DNA from: Bacillota bacterium
GTDB lineage: Bacteria > Bacillota > Clostridia > Acetivibrionales > JANLFN01
Direction of reading: 5' to 3'
Length of the DNA: 32,000 nucleotides
Assembly: GCA_023421675.1 (NCBI GenBank)
Contig: JAEZTC010000009.1
Location: 17,719-49,718 of the forward strand
A program made the position numbers and the translations under genes. The notes under the pieces were generated by a model. The model searched no databases. It was not told the origin of the DNA and saw only the letters and a list, made by a program, of their open reading frames with translations. The number at the start of each line of letters is the position of its first letter. Position 1 is the first letter of the stretch. Of the stretch, positions 28,682 to 32,000 are shown piece after piece.

Positions 28682-30013
28682 TTAGTCCCTCTTCAAATTA
28701 CAAAACTTAGTATACTCTCCAAACCACCTTAATTCAACAGTTCCTGTGGAACCATTCCTGTGCTTGGATACAATTACTTCGGCAACGTTTTGCTTTTCCG
28801 AATCCTCATTATAGTAATCATCCCTGTAAAGGAACATAACAATGTCGGCATCCTGCTCTATTGCCCCAGACTCTCTCAAATCGCTCATGATAGGCCTGTG
28901 ATCCGTTCTTTGTTCAGGAGCACGGCTAAGCTGCGACAGGGCTATTACAGGTATATTTATTTCCTTTGCGAGTATCTTTAAGGAACGTGATATCTCTGAA
29001 ATTTCCTGCTGCCTGTTTTCTGTCTTTCCACGTCCCTGCATCAACTGCAGGTAATCTATTACAACAAGCCCCAAGCCTTTTTCAAGCTTAAGTCTTCTGC
29101 ACTTTGCCCTTATTTCCATTACTGATGCGCCTGGAGTATCATCAATAAATACAGGAGCTTCTGATAACGGCCCGGTAGCTCTTGCAAGCTTTTGCCAGTC
29201 CTCATCATCAAGTCTTCCTGTCCTTATCTTCTGGCTGTCCACCATTGCTTCACTGCAAAGCATTCTGCTGACTAGCTGCTCCTTGGACATTTCAAGGCTG
29301 AAAATAGCAACAGGAACCTTTTTAACTACAGCAGCATACTGTGCAATGTTTAAAGCAAATGCTGTTTTACCCATAGCAGGCCTTGCTGCTATAAGTACAA
29401 GGTCTGAACCCTGGAAACCGGCAGTTTTATGATCAAGGTCGGTAAATCCTGACGGAACACCGGTAATAAAGCTTTTACTGTTATATAATTCTTCCAATCT
29501 GTTGTATGTATCAAGAAGGGCATCCTTAATAGGTATAAAGCCCTGTGTACTTCGTTTCTGAAGAATATCAAAAATACTTTTTTCAGCTCTGTCCAGAACC
29601 ACTGCCGCTTCTTCTGATGCCTCATAGCCCATATCAACAATTTCAGACGAAGCCCTTATTAATTTCCTTAAAAGAGATTTTTCCTCAACTATTTTTGCAT
29701 AATGACGTGAGTTTGCAGTAGTAGGAACAGAGGTAGCCACATTTGTAAGGTAGTCAAGTCCGCCTACAGATTCAAGGGTGCCTCTCTGCTTTAGCATATC
29801 AGATACTGTTATAAGATCAATAGCATTCCCTTTATCAAACAGGTCCATTATTACATCATAGATTTCCCTGTGGTCTTCCCTGTAAAAGTCTTCACTTTTA
29901 AGTATCTCCGCTATATTAGGTATAGCATCCTTGTCAAGAAGCATGGAACCGATGACAGATTGTTCTGCTTCGATATTCTGGGGCGGTATCCTGCCTATAG
30001 CACTGATATCCAT
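28682..30013 (-). CDS. dnaB: Replicative DNA helicase DnaB
   Basis: PPQNIEAEQSVIGSML, LIAARPAMGKTAFALN, VVIDYLQLM, and SDLRESGAIEQDADIVMFLYR. Confidence 0.97.
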   Translation of the reverse strand: MDISAIGRIPPQNIEAEQSVIGSMLLDKDAIPNIAEILKSEDFYREDHREIYDVIMDLFDKGNAIDLITVSDMLKQRGTLESVGGLDYLTNVATSVPTTANSRHYAKIVEEKSLLRKLIRASSEIVDMGYEASEEAAVVLDRAEKSIFDILQKRSTQGFIPIKDALLDTYNRLEELYNSKSFITGVPSGFTDLDHKTAGFQGSDLVLIAARPAMGKTAFALNIAQYAAVVKKVPVAIFSLEMSKEQLVSRMLCSEAMVDSQKIRTGRLDDEDWQKLARATGPLSEAPVFIDDTPGASVMEIRAKCRRLKLEKGLGLVVIDYLQLMQGRGKTENRQQEISEISRSLKILAKEINIPVIALSQLSRAPEQRTDHRPIMSDLRESGAIEQDADIVMFLYRDDYYNEDSEKQNVAEVIVSKHRNGSTGTVELRWFGEYTKFCNLKRD

Positions 30014-30026
30014 GACTTATTTCTCC

Positions 30027-30473
30027 CTATTCCTGAACTATTTTTACAGTCATGCTTGAGCTTACTTCAGGATACAGCTTTATTTCAACGTTATATGTTC
30101 CCAGAGTCTTTATTGAATCGGGAAGCGAAACCTTTTTCTTGTCTATATCTATACCATGGGCACTTTTAAGCTTATCAGCAATATCTTTGTTTGTTATGGA
30201 TCCAAAAAGCTTTCCGTTTTCACCTGACTTGGTTTTTATTTCGAGTGTTATTTCTTTTATTTTTTTAGCCAATTCTTTAGCATTGGCAAGCTCTTTATCT
30301 TTTTTATGCTTTTCAGCTTCTTTTTTAGTGTTCATTATATTCACATTTGTCGAGGAAGCTTCAATAGCCAAGCCCTTTGGAAGCAGGTAATTTCTTGCAT
30401 AACCGTCACTTGCCTCAACCATGCTGTCTTTTTTGCCTAATCCTTTAACATCCTGTTTCAATATAACCTTCAT
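30027..30473 (-). CDS. rplI: 50S ribosomal protein bL9
   Basis: MKVILKQDVKGLGKKDSMVEASDGYARNYLLPKGLA. Confidence 0.98.
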   Translation of the reverse strand: MKVILKQDVKGLGKKDSMVEASDGYARNYLLPKGLAIEASSTNVNIMNTKKEAEKHKKDKELANAKELAKKIKEITLEIKTKSGENGKLFGSITNKDIADKLKSAHGIDIDKKKVSLPDSIKTLGTYNVEIKLYPEVSSSMTVKIVQE

Positions 30474-30487
30474 ATTAACCTCCGTTT

Positions 30488-32000
30488 TTAGCCTTCAACC
30501 TTGTTGGTTTCGTTTATATATTCGATTATAGCATATTTTAATTTCTCTTTTGCATCAATAATAGAAATATCGACAAGCTTTGCGCCAGCACCTGTTAAAT
30601 GCCCGCCTCCGCCAAGTTTTTCAAGTATCATCTGCACATTAATATCTCCAAGCGACCTTCCGCTGATATAAATCTCATCGTTAACCTCACAAAGCACGAA
30701 TGCTGCAACAATACCCGAAAGTCCGAGAAATGCATCAGCAGACTGCGCTGCAATAAGCTGCGGAGTTTTTGTCGCAGGAGGACAAACTGATATTGCAATA
30801 CTTTCATTTATAATTTCACCGTTTTTAATTACATCTGAGACTGCAACATATGATTCAAGATCGTTCTGGAAAAGCTGTTTGACCGAGATAGTATCAACAC
30901 CCTGCCTTCGTAAGAAAGCAGCAGCCTCAAAGGTCCTTACACCTGTTTTAAATGAGAAATTCTTGGTGTCTACCACTATTCCGGCGTATAAAGCCTCTGA
31001 CTCTACCGGTGTAAGCTTGATTTTTTCTTCAACATACTGAAGCAGTTCTGTTACAAGCTCACTTGTAGATGAAGCATAGGTTTCCTGATAGGTCAGAGCA
31101 GCATCTTGTATGAAATCAGCTCCGCGCCTGTGATGATCTATTACTACAATCTGATCTGTATATTTAAGCAATTCAGGACATTCCGTAAAGCTAGGTCTGT
31201 GTGTATCCACAACAACAAGAAGAGTCTTTTTGCTTATTTTATCAAGTGCTTCCATTCTGTTAAGGAATATGCCTCCGTACTCTTCACATTTCTCAATTTT
31301 AGCTATCATTCCTTCTATAGTCGTATTGGATTTGTTAAGTACAATAAAAGCATTTTTCCCTCTGTTCCTGACTATCCGTGAAATACCCAAAGCCGAACCA
31401 AGTGAATCAATATCCGGATTTTCATGTCCCATAATCATAACTTCAGGCGACTGGTCAATGAGCTCTCTTATTGCATATGCAATAACCCTAGCCTTAACCC
31501 TGGTCCTTTTCTCAAGCTCTCTCGTTTTACCGCCAAAGAAGCTAAAATTGTCTCCGTTACGAATAACGACATGGTCACCGCCGCGGCCGAGTGCAATATC
31601 GATACAAGCAGTTGCAAACTTGAAGTTTTCAGTAAAGGTTTTACCGTTGGTACCAAAACCAATACTTAATGTTACAGGAATTTTGTTACCAGCATTGATT
31701 TCTTTAACTGTATCAAGAATTTCAAATTTCTTCTCTTCAAACTCTTTCAAGTATTTGTTTTCAAACAGAAAAAGATATCTTTCCCGTTCAAATTTTCTTA
31801 CAATACCTCCGGTATACTCCATCCACTGAAGTATCCTTCTGTCTATTTCAGCAAGCAGCTGCGGCCTTCCGCCGTCTTCAGTGCTTTGCATAATGTCATC
31901 ATAATTATCAATTACTAAAAGCCCGATAGCTGCCTTTTCATCCGCATATTTTTTCTTAACATCCACAAGTTCCGTGTTATCAATGAAATAAAGGATTGCC
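30488..32000 (-). CDS. gdpP: GdpP-type DHH/DHHA1 cyclic-di-AMP phosphodiesterase, N-terminus beyond window
   Basis: MGHENPDIDSLGSALG, VVDTHRPS, VIDHHRRG, and SGRSLGDINVQMILEKLGGGGHLTGAGA. The reading frame continues past the track start to the edge (...AILYFIDNTELVDVKKKYADEK). Confidence 0.95.
   Translation of the reverse strand, partial: AILYFIDNTELVDVKKKYADEKAAIGLLVIDNYDDIMQSTEDGGRPQLLAEIDRRILQWMEYTGGIVRKFERERYLFLFENKYLKEFEEKKFEILDTVKEINAGNKIPVTLSIGFGTNGKTFTENFKFATACIDIALGRGGDHVVIRNGDNFSFFGGKTRELEKRTRVKARVIAYAIRELIDQSPEVMIMGHENPDIDSLGSALGISRIVRNRGKNAFIVLNKSNTTIEGMIAKIEKCEEYGGIFLNRMEALDKISKKTLLVVVDTHRPSFTECPELLKYTDQIVVIDHHRRGADFIQDAALTYQETYASSTSELVTELLQYVEEKIKLTPVESEALYAGIVVDTKNFSFKTGVRTFEAAAFLRRQGVDTISVKQLFQNDLESYVAVSDVIKNGEIINESIAISVCPPATKTPQLIAAQSADAFLGLSGIVAAFVLCEVNDEIYISGRSLGDINVQMILEKLGGGGHLTGAGAKLVDISIIDAKEKLKYAIIEYINETNKVEG

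Noticed and set aside
31230-31829. 199-aa plus-strand ORF
   Set aside because: Antisense shadow of gdpP; the minus-strand frame has clear DHH motifs.
1-32000. CRISPR arrays, prophage, transposases, tRNA or rRNA genes
   Set aside because: I saw no direct-repeat spacer array, integrase/transposase motifs or tRNA-like cloverleaf sequence while reading the window; a tRNAscan and CRISPR scan would confirm.

Overview
Clostridia-like (low-GC Firmicutes) chromosomal window with three parts. (1) About 1-12.4 kb is a surface or spore glycan locus. It has a partial GT4, a divergent RmlB-like epimerase/dehydratase that has lost its canonical catalytic residues, a DxD-containing putative glycosyltransferase, a UDP-sugar 6-dehydrogenase, three paralogous GT-B-like glycosyltransferases split by an intact epimerase, an Asp-box/coiled-coil protein, a GT2, a GT-D and a CgeB-like GT. 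(2) About 12.5-18.3 kb is an accessory segment: an ECF sigma factor with a CxC-containing C-terminal extension, a Cys-rich DUF3795-like protein, an SDR, an arsenic operon (arsR-acr3-arsC) and, immediately upstream on the same strand, a clear hgcA-hgcB pair. These are the corrinoid protein and 2[4Fe-4S] ferredoxin that methylate Hg(II). HgcA carries the signature NVWCAAGK, and HgcB carries CMECGAC, Cys73 and a terminal vicinal Cys pair. A hairpin plus T-tract separates hgcB from arsR, and a 24-bp near-palindrome lies just upstream of arsR. (3) About 18.5-32 kb is housekeeping: recD2, a mini-GT2-like membrane protein, an HD-GYP protein, metK with a SAM-I riboswitch, ftsH-hpt-tilS, and dnaB-rplI-gdpP (gdpP is cut by the window edge). 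The standout is hgcAB next to the ars operon. The family is known, but the N-terminal Cys-rich extension of this HgcA and the local regulatory layout deserve follow-up.
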